Below are positions 1 through 9,108 of a stretch of DNA of 64,000 nucleotides, one piece after another. The position numbers were made by a program, and so were the translations under genes. How positions within the stretch are numbered: the first letter of the stretch is position 1; every line of letters begins with the position of its first letter. Where the stretch lies: contig CAVYZN010000026.1 in NCBI GenBank assembly GCA_963773065.1, positions 46,672 through 110,671 on the forward strand, written 5' to 3'. The notes below the pieces were generated by a model. The model was not told the DNA's origin and did not search any database. It saw only the letters and a program-made list of their open reading frames with translations. Source of the DNA: an uncultured Gammaproteobacteria bacterium. Its GTDB lineage: Bacteria > Pseudomonadota > Gammaproteobacteria > UBA9214.

Positions 1-2
1 AC

Positions 3-131
3 GTGCCTGTAGGAAAGATCCTAAATGTTGAAGAGCCGACACCCGGGCACTACTACTGGCCGGATCTGGACGTTGATTTGACCGAAGAAATAATCTCGCA
101 CCCTGAGCGTTTTCCACTTAAAGCACGGTAA
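3..131 (+). CDS. DUF2442-family protein, 3' partial (probable antitoxin)
   Basis: Manual translation VPVGKILNVEEPTPGHYYWPDLDVDLTEEIISHPERFPLKAR*; the WPDLDVDL..HPERFPL motif is typical of DUF2442. Confidence 0.7.
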   Translation: MPVGKILNVEEPTPGHYYWPDLDVDLTEEIISHPERFPLKAR

Positions 132-249
132 CGCATAACACTATCAGAAATTACCCAACAACCATCAAATGCAGAACGATCGCAGATGGCAAATAGCAAA
201 GGACATGACACCAGCTCAACGCAACCTCATTTCCGCGTTCGAGTACCTA

Positions 250-513
250 CTACATTTGGACAAGATGGTGGTTCACCACGGTAGGATGGGTGGAGCGAAG
301 CGTACCCCATCGTAGCTGTCGCGATGATGATGGATGTGGCGAGGTCGATGTCGGCTTGATCTGACTGGTCACGGCCATGATGATGAGGTCAGGTCGCTCG
401 GTGTTGTAGGCTTGCGAGCTGATAACGACCGCCGGTCGCTTCTTGTTTGTGGACTGGTCGGTGAACGGAAACGGTACCAGGACGATGTTGCCGAACTCAA
501 AGGGCGTCATAGA
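250..513 (-). pseudogene. PemK/MazF-family toxin, C-terminally truncated
   Basis: GNIVLVPFPFTDQSTNKKRPAVVIS..DLIIMAVTSQ is the PemK N-terminal half; the ORF then runs through a REP element and loses homology. Confidence 0.75.
281..311. repeat. GTAG-type REP palindrome
   Basis: GTAGGATGGGTGGAGCGAAGCGTACCCCATC: GTAG tetranucleotide followed by an imperfect hairpin. Confidence 0.7.
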
Positions 514-706
514 CGGCATCGTCCGGGTTATCCCATACCGTTGCAAACGCTGGCGCAGCCGTCTTCGCCGCCGCTCGTGTGAGCTGCCGGTCCTGATCCC
601 GGGTCTTCAAGAAATCGATAAAGTCCTCCACCTCGGCAATGCGCTCCGGGGGCAGTGCTTCGAGCTTATCGATCAACTCGCGTATATGATTGCGATTCGT
701 GGCCAT
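497..706 (-). CDS. DUF2281-like antitoxin
   Basis: LPPERIAEVEDFIDFL and WDNPDDAVYDAL motifs; overlaps the PemK start. Confidence 0.75.
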   Translation of the reverse strand: MATNRNHIRELIDKLEALPPERIAEVEDFIDFLKTRDQDRQLTRAAAKTAAPAFATVWDNPDDAVYDAL

Positions 707-850
707 CTTAAATCCTCTTGGGCCAATTCCGGGAACAGTATCCGTATACCTATTTCTCCGTCACCGGAGTGGGGTAGTTTCCCGGCTTTCTGCCCGGTGT
801 TTGTGGTGCCAGAATACGCCCGGTCAGCAACTACAATTTCACAATACAAG

Positions 851-876
851 GTTGGGCTGAGCTTGCGAAGCCCAAC
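851..876. repeat. REP-like palindrome (same family as 30920-30945)
   Basis: GTTGGGCT-GAGCTTGCGA-AGCCCAAC. Confidence 0.65.
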
Positions 877-897
877 ACACCGCCTCGCCGCCGCCAT

Positions 898-1242
898 TCA
901 TACCCCTGATTGGTTCCAGTTGCTGAACGCCAGCAGCCAACTGGAAATATCGGGATGCTCATTGCCGCGCGCCTGCAACTGGCTGCCCAGTTCGATCATC
1001 AGTTCCCGCAACTCCCGTATTTCCGCGTGCCAGATCCGCTCGTCTATGCCCGGGTTGTCCGCCAGGGCTTCATTGGCGATGGAGCCCGCTCCGCCCCACA
1101 TACGTTTTGAATTCAGTTCCCGATAGAACCGGGCTTCATCCCTTGCGCCGAGTTCGATCACTGACCCTATCCAGGCAGCACTCTCTCCGGGATGGTTCCC
1201 CAGGATCTCACGGATACGGTGCAGGGTGGTCAGAACATCCAT
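898..1242 (-). CDS. Hypothetical protein, 114 aa, paralog of 15801-16145
   Basis: Starts at MDVLTTLHR; same length as, and highly similar to, the second copy. Confidence 0.8.
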   Translation of the reverse strand: MDVLTTLHRIREILGNHPGESAAWIGSVIELGARDEARFYRELNSKRMWGGAGSIANEALADNPGIDERIWHAEIRELRELMIELGSQLQARGNEHPDISSWLLAFSNWNQSGV

Positions 1243-1552
1243 CGTCGATACCATCAGCGGGTTTGGTGAATCCGCCCTTAATTGCAGGAGCGGCCGGTCT
1301 GTAGCGTTTATAGCAGTGAGTGACTTCAGGGTCACGATATCAGGCAGTTTACTGCACAGTTGTGCTCGCCTGAATAAGCAGTACCGGCCGATCCCAGACC
1401 GTCGAGTCACAATCGGCTGATTATGATAACGAAGAATTGTGATCCAAAAGTGGAAGATCAGCGTCACAGTATCTACTATTCGCACAACGGGCCGAGGCGG
1501 CTTATCACTCAATACCGCGTAATCCGCCTAACACACCATTTGGTAACAGAAG

Positions 1553-2422
1553 ATGCCAGACGATAAATCAATATCTCTAGTGAATCTCGGAAAGCTTTCA
1601 AAACCGGCTGATACCCTGATCAAGAAGGTATCTTCCGCAGTGGGTGGCATTTTTGAGCCGTGGCAGATAAAGCGTATTGCTAAAGCAAAAGCTGAAGCAG
1701 ACCAAATACAAGCGAGATCGGGAATCGAAATAACTGACTTGCATCGTCGAGCAATGCACCGTGTTGTTGAAGAGGAAGCGTTGCGGCAATATAACATGGA
1801 GAAAATAACCGTGAAAGCCTTGCCACTACTTAATGAAGTTTCCGATCCAAGCGCAATGGAAGACGACTGAGTAACAAACTTCTTCGACAAGTCTCGGATC
1901 GTCTCCGATGAAGGAATGCAGAAGCTTTGGTCTAGTATCCTTGCCGGGGAGGCAAATGCACCTGGAACATATTCGAAACGAACAGTCAACTTCCTTTGTG
2001 ATCTCGACAAGCAAGATGCTGAACTTTTTCAAACTCTGTGCCGGTTTGGTTGGGTTGTTGGGGGATTCACCCCGCTAATATTCGATCATCGGGCTAAGAT
2101 CTATAACGACCAAGGTCTGAACTTTAGTACTTTGACGCACCTAGACAGCATTGGGTTGATTCAATTTGATCCGCTTTCGGGGTTCAGTCTATTAAATCTT
2201 CCGAAGAAGTTTGTCGTCTTGTACTGTGGACAGTCACTTTTTTTGGGAATGGAGAAAGAAACCGATAATAAATTACCCATGGGTCATGTCTTTCTTACCA
2301 AGATTGGCGAGGAACTAGCTACTGTATGTCCAGTTATGGGGGTGGATGGCTTTGAAGAATACGTCAAAGTAACGTGGGCGAAGTATATTCCCCAAGAACC
2401 AGAGACCGAACGAAGTAGATGA
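1553..2422 (+). pseudogene. DUF2806-family protein with internal TGA at 1868-1870
   Basis: Two same-frame ORFs joined as EDD*VTNFFDKSRIVSDEGMQKLWSSILAGE; DUF2806 normally has DDW here; low GC. Confidence 0.7.
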
Positions 2423-2700
2423 GGTAACGCTTAACAGCGCACCTCACATTGGGCGTTATGAATGTCGACTTTTAGCCGCTTACGCACCACCCCGCAATCG
2501 ACTCGCAGCGGATATCCAAAGACCCGTGAACTTACCTGGAATGTCACCCTACTCCGGCATCCCATCCCGGTTCGCGGCGGATCGCGGCGGTGTCTGATCG
2601 CCCTGCCGCTGCCGCACCCGGCGTGCAGATCGGATCGCGCACGGCCATGCCGAAGACCGGAGGCGGATGCAATCCCCGCGGCGACAACGCCAGCGGCCTC

Positions 2701-3162
2701 TCAAAACGCCGAGGCCAGCGCCCGCACCACGCGGCCGCCGAGCGTCGGGTGTTCCGCCTGGAGGGTGAGCACGTCGAAGGGAAGCTGACCGCCCCAGCCG
2801 TTGAGCCCGAGGCGGGTGTGCGCCCCGACCACGACCAGATCGGGCTGCCAGGAATTCACCAGATCCGCGAGCGCCGCCGAGCGTGATCCCTGCGCGGCGA
2901 TGACCTCGGCCCCCGCGGCGCCGATCCGGTCCCCGAGCAACTGCAGCTTGCTGCTCACGTCCTGTGCGATCGCCGCGCGCATGCGGTTCGGCGTCATCAC
3001 GGGGATATAGTCCTCACACTCCTCACCGGGCGTGTAGTCCACCAATCCGGCCAGGGCAAGCGTGGCGCCATGCAGACGGGCGAGTTGCAGGCCGCGGCGC
3101 GCCACCGCTTCGGCCTGGCTGTCGAAATCGACGAGGGTGAGAATGCGACGATAATTGTTCAT
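2701..3162 (-). CDS. Universal stress protein
   Basis: MNNYRRILTLVDFD...PDLVVVGAH...FDVL; AAGGAG RBS upstream. Confidence 0.85.
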   Translation of the reverse strand: MNNYRRILTLVDFDSQAEAVARRGLQLARLHGATLALAGLVDYTPGEECEDYIPVMTPNRMRAAIAQDVSSKLQLLGDRIGAAGAEVIAAQGSRSAALADLVNSWQPDLVVVGAHTRLGLNGWGGQLPFDVLTLQAEHPTLGGRVVRALASAF

Positions 3163-3176
3163 GATGCGGTACTCCT

Positions 3177-5006
3177 TTAGTGAGCCGTCACGAGGCGGAC
3201 GGGCGCCGGGACCAATGGCGCCTCCGCTGCCTGCGACACGGCAGTCGCTTGACATTCGAGAAAGATGCGGCGTGTGCACGATCGGCAGATCTCCGGATCC
3301 AGCCGCTGATAAACCTGGGCGATGGCCTCGCCGCGCGAGGTGAACAGGTGATCTCGTCCGATGTCCTCCAGGTAACCGCCGGCGTCCAGGGCCTCCTTCA
3401 CCTGCGGCTTGATCTGGATCAGCCACAGATCGCCGCCCTGGGAACGGCGCGTCTGCGCTTCCCGCGCCAGGAATTCGGCCCCGGCGAGATCGATGAAGTT
3501 GATCCCCGTCGCCACCACCGCCAGATGCCGCTGCCGGGGTTCGGCGGCGCGCATCCGGCGCAACGTCTGCTGCACGTAGCTGACGGCGCCGAAGAAGAGC
3601 GAGCCGTCGATGCGCACGATCTTCAGTTGCGGGCACTCCGGCAGGTTCGGATCCCCCGAGAACTTGCGCCGCGGCTGGCCCGGATCGGGCACCCGCGTCA
3701 CCACCCGCGGACGGGAGGTGCGGCTCAGGTAGAAACCGATCGACAGCACCACGCCCAGCATGATGGCCGTCTCCAGGTCGAGAAACAGCGTGGCACCGAA
3801 GGTGGCGGCGAGGATCGTCACCTCGGCCCGGCCGGAACGCAGGATCTGTCCGATGTGATGAAAGTCGATCAGACCCCACGCCACCAGGAACAGCACGCCG
3901 GCCATGGCGGCGTTCGGGAGATAGGCGGCGAACGGCGACACCAGCAGCACGATCGCCACCAGCAGGCCGCTGGCGAAAATCGAGGCGAGCGGTGTCTGCG
4001 CGCCGGCGGTGTAGTTGAGGCCGCTGCGGTTGAACGAGCCGGTGGCGACGTAGGCGGAGAAGAAACTTCCCAGCAGATTCGACAGCCCCTGCCCGATGAA
4101 CTCCTGGTTGCCGTCGATCTCCTGGCCGGAGCGCACCGCCAGCGCGCGCGCGATCGAGATCGCCTCCGTGAGGGCGAGCAGCGAGACGGCCAGCGCCGCC
4201 GTGGCCAGTTCCTTGATGGTGCCGAGGTCGAACCCGGGCATCGACAGGGGCGGCAGGGAACCGGGCAGCGCGCCCACGGTGCTGATGCCGGCGGCCACCG
4301 TGCCCGCGTAGGCCTTGAGCAGGACGGAGAGCAGGCTGCCCCCGAGCATGGCGGCGATCATGTAGGGCAGTTTCGGCAGAAAGCGCCGCACCGCAAGCCC
4401 GATCGCCAGCGTGGTCAGGCTCACCAGCAGCACGTAAGGATCGACCTCGTGCAGGCGGGTCGCCAGCGCGCCCCAGGTATCGACAAACGAGGTGCCGCGG
4501 GGTATCGCGATGCCGAAAAAATGCTTGACCTGGCTGGTGGCGATCAGGATCGCCGCGCCGGCCGTGAAGCCGATCACCACCGAGTGGGAGATGAAATTGA
4601 CCAGCACGCCCAGGCGCACCGCCCCCAGCGCCAGTTGTATCGCCCCGACCATGAAGGTGAGCGTGAGCGCCATCTGCACGTAAGCGGCGCTGCCCGGTTC
4701 GGCATGGGCGGACAGCACGGAGAACAGCACGATCGAGGCGGCGGTGGTCGGCCCCGACACCAGGTGCCAGGACGAACCGAACAAGGCGGCGATGACGGCC
4801 GGCACCATGCCCGCGTAGAGACCGTACTCCGGCGGCATCCCGGCGATGGTGGCGAAAGCCACCCCCTGGGGCAGCACCACGACGGCGCCGGTGAGCCCGG
4901 CGAGGAAGTCCTGCTTCAGGGTGCCGCGGGTCACGCGCGGCCACCACTGGAGCATCGGCAGGAACTGCCGCAGGGGAAACGCGAAGGATAAGGACGATGT
5001 ATTCAT
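3177..5006 (-). CDS. SulP/SLC26 inorganic anion transporter with STAS domain
   Basis: DFLAGLTGAVVVLPQGVAFA, GPT, NQEFIGQG, TGSFNRS, and STAS motif RIDGSLFFG. Confidence 0.95.
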   Translation of the reverse strand: MNTSSLSFAFPLRQFLPMLQWWPRVTRGTLKQDFLAGLTGAVVVLPQGVAFATIAGMPPEYGLYAGMVPAVIAALFGSSWHLVSGPTTAASIVLFSVLSAHAEPGSAAYVQMALTLTFMVGAIQLALGAVRLGVLVNFISHSVVIGFTAGAAILIATSQVKHFFGIAIPRGTSFVDTWGALATRLHEVDPYVLLVSLTTLAIGLAVRRFLPKLPYMIAAMLGGSLLSVLLKAYAGTVAAGISTVGALPGSLPPLSMPGFDLGTIKELATAALAVSLLALTEAISIARALAVRSGQEIDGNQEFIGQGLSNLLGSFFSAYVATGSFNRSGLNYTAGAQTPLASIFASGLLVAIVLLVSPFAAYLPNAAMAGVLFLVAWGLIDFHHIGQILRSGRAEVTILAATFGATLFLDLETAIMLGVVLSIGFYLSRTSRPRVVTRVPDPGQPRRKFSGDPNLPECPQLKIVRIDGSLFFGAVSYVQQTLRRMRAAEPRQRHLAVVATGINFIDLAGAEFLAREAQTRRSQGGDLWLIQIKPQVKEALDAGGYLEDIGRDHLFTSRGEAIAQVYQRLDPEICRSCTRRIFLECQATAVSQAAEAPLVPAPVRLVTAH

Positions 5007-5035
5007 GAACACCCCGGTAAAATGATTGCAGGATC

Positions 5036-5090
5036 ATTCTAGCGGGGGCGGCGTCAACGCCGCGTCAAGGCAACGTCAAGGCGGCGTCAA
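5036..5090 (-). promoter_or_regulatory. sulP promoter: four TTGACG direct repeats with 11-bp period plus TAGAAT -10
   Basis: CGTCAA at 5052, 5063, 5074 and 5085; ATTCTA at 5036-5041. Confidence 0.7.
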
Positions 5091-6364
5091 GACGCCGCGG
5101 GACCGAACTCCAGTCGCGCGGAGGTGCCCTGCGCCTCGCGGCTCTCGATCGCCAGCGTCCAGCCGTAGCGATCGCAGATGCGCTTGGTGAGCGACAATCC
5201 GATGCCGCTGCCGGTGCTGGCGGCGCCCTTGTAGTAGCGCTGGAACACGCGGCCGATTTCCTCGGCCTTGATGCCGATGCCGGTGTCCGACACCACCAAC
5301 CGGCTGCTTTCCAGCCGTATCGTCACCCGGCCGGTTTCCGTGTAGGCGAAGGCGTTGCGGATCAGGTTGCCGACGACGACGGCAAACAGCGCCGGCTCCG
5401 CCGCCAGATGCGGGTGGGCGCCTATATCCACCTCGACCGTCGTGCCGCGGGAACCCAGCAGATGGCGGCTGCGCTCGACGCAATCGTGCAGCACGACCGC
5501 CGCATCGCAGTCCGCCTCCGAAGGCCGATCCGCTTCCTCTTCACGCGCCAGCAACAGCAGGGAGCGGATCAGTTCCGTCATCTCGGCGGCGGCACGCTCG
5601 ATGCGGGTGACGCGCTGGCACTGGCCCTCGTCCAGACGCGCATCCTCCTGCAGCACCTCGCTCGCTCCCTGGATCACCGCCAGCGGCGTGCGCAATTCGT
5701 GGCTGACGTCGGCGACGAAGGCGCGCTCACGCTCGATGAAGGCGCGCAGGCGCGCCAGATACTGGTCGAAGACGCCGGCCAGTTCGCCGACCTCGTCCGC
5801 CGGCGCCTCGGCGTCCGCCAGTTGCGCCGGCTGATGGGGATCGGCGGAACGCACCCGCTGCGCCAGTTCCGTCACCGGCGCGATCACCCGGCCGGCGAGC
5901 CACAAGCCGCCCACCGCCGAGAGGACGGTCATGGCGAGCGCGCCGGCGATGAGATAGAAAAGGAAGCGGCTCTCCCGCGTGACCTGCTGCGCTTCGTTGA
6001 ACATGAGAAAGAAGCGTTCGCCTTCGCGCTGCATCACCACCACGCGATAGGGAACCCCATCGAGCCGGATCTCGTGCCAGCCCTCCGGCAGCGATCGCAC
6101 CGCGGAGGGAATTTCCTCGCCCGCCTCATCCCCGCCCACGACATAGCCGCGCAACGTCAGCGAGGACGGCGGCAGCGAATGGGGATTGCGCGTGCGCCGC
6201 GCCATGTAGTCCTCGACCTCGGCGTGCAGCGTCTCGTCGATCAGACGCCGGGAGACGTCGTGGGCCGCGAGGAACAGGCCGCTGGCCAGGACCAGGCTCA
6301 CCACGGCGCCGAAGGCGGCGAAGGCAATCGCGACGCGTAGGCGCAGACTATGGCGGCGGCGCAT
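5087..6364 (-). CDS. Sensor histidine kinase (ColS-like)
   Basis: Two TM segments, HAMP, DVSHELRTPL H-box, NLIRNA, DTGIGI, GIGLSL. Confidence 0.92.
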   Translation of the reverse strand: MRRRHSLRLRVAIAFAAFGAVVSLVLASGLFLAAHDVSRRLIDETLHAEVEDYMARRTRNPHSLPPSSLTLRGYVVGGDEAGEEIPSAVRSLPEGWHEIRLDGVPYRVVVMQREGERFFLMFNEAQQVTRESRFLFYLIAGALAMTVLSAVGGLWLAGRVIAPVTELAQRVRSADPHQPAQLADAEAPADEVGELAGVFDQYLARLRAFIERERAFVADVSHELRTPLAVIQGASEVLQEDARLDEGQCQRVTRIERAAAEMTELIRSLLLLAREEEADRPSEADCDAAVVLHDCVERSRHLLGSRGTTVEVDIGAHPHLAAEPALFAVVVGNLIRNAFAYTETGRVTIRLESSRLVVSDTGIGIKAEEIGRVFQRYYKGAASTGSGIGLSLTKRICDRYGWTLAIESREAQGTSARLEFGPAAS

Positions 6365-7046
6365 CGCTGTCCGTGATCTGCCAACCGCGCCCGCGCAGCG
6401 TGCGCAGCAGCGGCTTCTCGAAAGGCTTGTCGATGGCGGCGCGCAGCACATGGACGTGCGCCCGCAGGGCGTCGCTGTCGGGCGGCGTATCGCCCCACAC
6501 CGCCCGCTCGATTTCCTCGCGCGCGAGCACGCGCGGGGCCGCGCGCATCAACTGCTCGAGGATGCGCAACGGGATCGGCGGCAGTTCGATCGGTCGCGCG
6601 CCGCGGCTCACCCTCAGGGTGGCGGTGTCCAACACGAGATCCGCGACCCGCAGCTTCTGGCGCGGGTCCTGCGCGGAAGCGCGCCGCGCCAGCGCCCTGA
6701 GCCGCGCCTCCAGTTCGCGCAGGGCGAAGGGCTTGACGACGTAGTCGTCGGCTCCCGATTCGAGACCGATGATCTTGTCGTCCAGCGAGTCACGCGCGGT
6801 CAGCATCAGCACCGGTGTGGATCGGCCCGCCTCCTCGCGCAGCTTGCGGCACAGCGTGATGCCATCCATGCCCGGCAGCACCAGATCCAGAACGATCGCG
6901 TCGTAGGCATGCGTGACGGCAAGATGCAGGCCGGTCACGCCGTCGCCGGCGGCGTCAACCAGATGGCCCTTCGCCCCCAGGAAATCCACGAGGTTCGCTG
7001 CCAGATCCTGGTTGTCTTCGATCACGAGTACGCGCAATGCGGTCAT
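6348..7046 (-). CDS. OmpR-family response regulator (ColR-like)
   Basis: Receiver domain (IEDN, LDLVLP, KPF) plus winged-helix TLRGRGW. Confidence 0.95.
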   Translation of the reverse strand: MTALRVLVIEDNQDLAANLVDFLGAKGHLVDAAGDGVTGLHLAVTHAYDAIVLDLVLPGMDGITLCRKLREEAGRSTPVLMLTARDSLDDKIIGLESGADDYVVKPFALRELEARLRALARRASAQDPRQKLRVADLVLDTATLRVSRGARPIELPPIPLRILEQLMRAAPRVLAREEIERAVWGDTPPDSDALRAHVHVLRAAIDKPFEKPLLRTLRGRGWQITDSDAPPP

Positions 7047-7134
7047 TGGCGCATCGTATCAGCGACGCATCGCGGAGGTCCATGCCCCGAGCGGTCTCTC
7101 ATCTTCGCGCGGCGGCGTCGGTGACTGGAAAAAT

Positions 7135-7197
7135 GGGTCAAAGCCCTTATTCTTTGGAGTCAGAAAACAGAAAAGGCAAGAAAAGGGCTTTGATCCC
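7135..7197. repeat. Inverted repeat / REP-like hairpin
   Basis: GGGTCAAAGCCCTT ... AAGGGCTTTGATCCC. Confidence 0.6.
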
Positions 7198-7337
7198 TTT
7201 TTCGCACGGCCACTGTGACCGTTCCCATTGGTTTGGGCATGTAACAATCGTCGGATGAGGGCACGGATTCGTGCCGGCCGGTTTACGAGCTGGCGTTATG
7301 CGAGTATCCCGGATTCCCGGTTAAAACGAGCGGTGCT

Positions 7338-8615
7338 TTATTTGGCGAAGCACCGTGGACCCGCGATCGCACGCCTGAACAGGCGTTGCGCCTTGTTCCA
7401 GAGCAGATCCTGCGTGGAATCAATGAATGGCCGCGGATCACCCCAGTCGGCAACGGCCCACAGCTTCTCTCCCGCGAGTGACTTGAGCCAATCTAAAAAG
7501 GAAAGCGTACCCTCGCGGTGATACTGCCTGAAGGCTCGGTAGTCGAGTACCATCGCCACCCATTTCACGCCGGCCCGGTAGCTCGGGCACCGCTCGACCT
7601 CCTGGTCATTCGCATCGAGGTAGGCGATGTAGGGAATGTCCATGCCGCAGCGTTTTGCCAGGATATCCCAAAGACCAAACCTTGCATTGAACTCGATGGC
7701 CTTGAACCGCCCATCCCGATCGTCAAGCTTGTACTCGATCCCCAAGAGCCCCCGGTATCCAATCGCATTCAGAAAGCGCAGGCTGGTGTCTATGATTTCC
7801 TGATGATGAACGCTTATAACGAAACTGGCGCTACCCAGATGGATTGGCTCACATCGCAGCTTCTGACCCACGAAAGCCGCCAGCGGCCTTGCCTTTTGAT
7901 CAATATAGCCACAGCAATAATAAAGCGCACTGTCCGGGCCCGGGATCAGTTCCTGGATGACAAGCGACGGGTTCACACGGGCAACCCTGTCGTACTTATC
8001 AAACAATTGCACGGTATCGTTTACGCGCAGTGCCTTGGTACCCGGTCCCACGACGGCAACCATGTCGGGGTGTTTCCAGTCGTGAGAGTGCGTGGGCTTT
8101 ATAACGGCGGGTAATATCAGCTGGTCCAGGCGCGCCTCGACCTCGGCCCGATCTGTGGGGAAGAATGTTTGCGGCGCCGGGACACCGTGAAGCGTGCAGA
8201 GCCGGTCGTAGCCATCCTTACTCACCAGCGCCTTCATGAGATCCGTATCCGGCATTACACAGCGATAATAAGGCGCCAGCACCTCCCGGTGCCGCGTGTA
8301 GAACAGTACGGTGTTGTCACCCGTGGGAAAAAAGACCGCCCGTCTGCCGAGAAGCCGCCCCAGTTCGAGCAGAAAACTCAGGTAATCCTGCTCGGCTTTT
8401 TTCTGGTCCGGGCATTGAAGCGCGCAACAATACCTCGAGGACATGCCCAACTGCCGGGGGTCAGGGTCGAGGGCCACCACGGGAATACCGCGCCGGCCCA
8501 GGCTGCGCGCGATGCCAAGCCCCGAAAAGCTCATGTAGGACAGCACTACGGGTGCCAGGCTGGTGTTCCGGAATGAGTCCGGCAGGGAGTCCTTTAGTGT
8601 CATGAAATCTTCCAT
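7338..8615 (-). CDS. ATP-grasp carboxylate-amine ligase (D-aspartate ligase-like)
   Basis: ARSLGRRGIPV, PAVIKP, IQELIPG, EYKLDDRDGRFKAIEFNAR. Confidence 0.85.
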   Translation of the reverse strand: MEDFMTLKDSLPDSFRNTSLAPVVLSYMSFSGLGIARSLGRRGIPVVALDPDPRQLGMSSRYCCALQCPDQKKAEQDYLSFLLELGRLLGRRAVFFPTGDNTVLFYTRHREVLAPYYRCVMPDTDLMKALVSKDGYDRLCTLHGVPAPQTFFPTDRAEVEARLDQLILPAVIKPTHSHDWKHPDMVAVVGPGTKALRVNDTVQLFDKYDRVARVNPSLVIQELIPGPDSALYYCCGYIDQKARPLAAFVGQKLRCEPIHLGSASFVISVHHQEIIDTSLRFLNAIGYRGLLGIEYKLDDRDGRFKAIEFNARFGLWDILAKRCGMDIPYIAYLDANDQEVERCPSYRAGVKWVAMVLDYRAFRQYHREGTLSFLDWLKSLAGEKLWAVADWGDPRPFIDSTQDLLWNKAQRLFRRAIAGPRCFAK

Positions 8616-8624
8616 GTAAAATGC

Positions 8625-8798
8625 TTAAGGAAGGTCTTATGTGTGGTCATTGCGACGACTGCATGGATGCAGGAGGTAGAGTAACGCATGGAGCAGTTAC
8701 CGAGGAACAAAGTGACAAAGCAATCCCTAAACGACTGATTCTAATCAATGAGATTGCCGCGCTGCGCTCGCAATGACGACTCTTGATAGCTTCCTTAA
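8625..8798. mobile_element. MITE-like element containing a GTCATTGCGA..TCGCAATGAC palindrome with a nested 48-bp insert
   Basis: TTAAGGAAG/CTTCCTTAA ends; insert at 8656-8703 with duplicated CGA. Confidence 0.6.
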
Positions 8799-9108
8799 AA
8801 GTGCAGTGAGAATATCGACTTGTCCGCCACCTGTCTATTCATTTTCCCGACCGCGACAGTCAACAACCTGGCCGTATCAATCCGTATGCAGTGCCTGCCT
8901 GCTGCAGCTTCCAGGCTTATCACCAGCTCCCGCTACCGCTTCTCTGCAACCCTTCTTCGAGCTGTGGCCTCTTCCCTCCACCCGCATTTCCCGGCCTCAG
9001 CCTCCCAGATACTGCGAGCCTGCCGCAACCCCACACGGTCCGGCAACGTCCTCACGGGTTGCCGGTTAGTGGACGTGCCCCACCACGGCAAGCTTTCCCG
9101 TTCAGAAC

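Noticed and set aside
1868-1910. TGA followed by a small hairpin (TCGGA-TCGTC-TCCGA) as possible selenocysteine recoding or an alternative genetic code
   Set aside because: The position corresponds to a conserved Trp (TGG to TGA), and TGA acts as a normal stop throughout the window.
2701-5037. 778-aa ORF and other long antisense or alternate-frame ORFs (3180-4991, 20035-22224, 24610-26742, 32055-33341)
   Set aside because: These are high-GC shadow frames of real genes; only the last 153 aa of 2701-5037 (the Usp) is genuine.
9040-9090. Hairpin CCGGCAAC..GTTGCCGG as a riboswitch or ncRNA
   Set aside because: No recognisable aptamer consensus; it could be a simple terminator-like stem.
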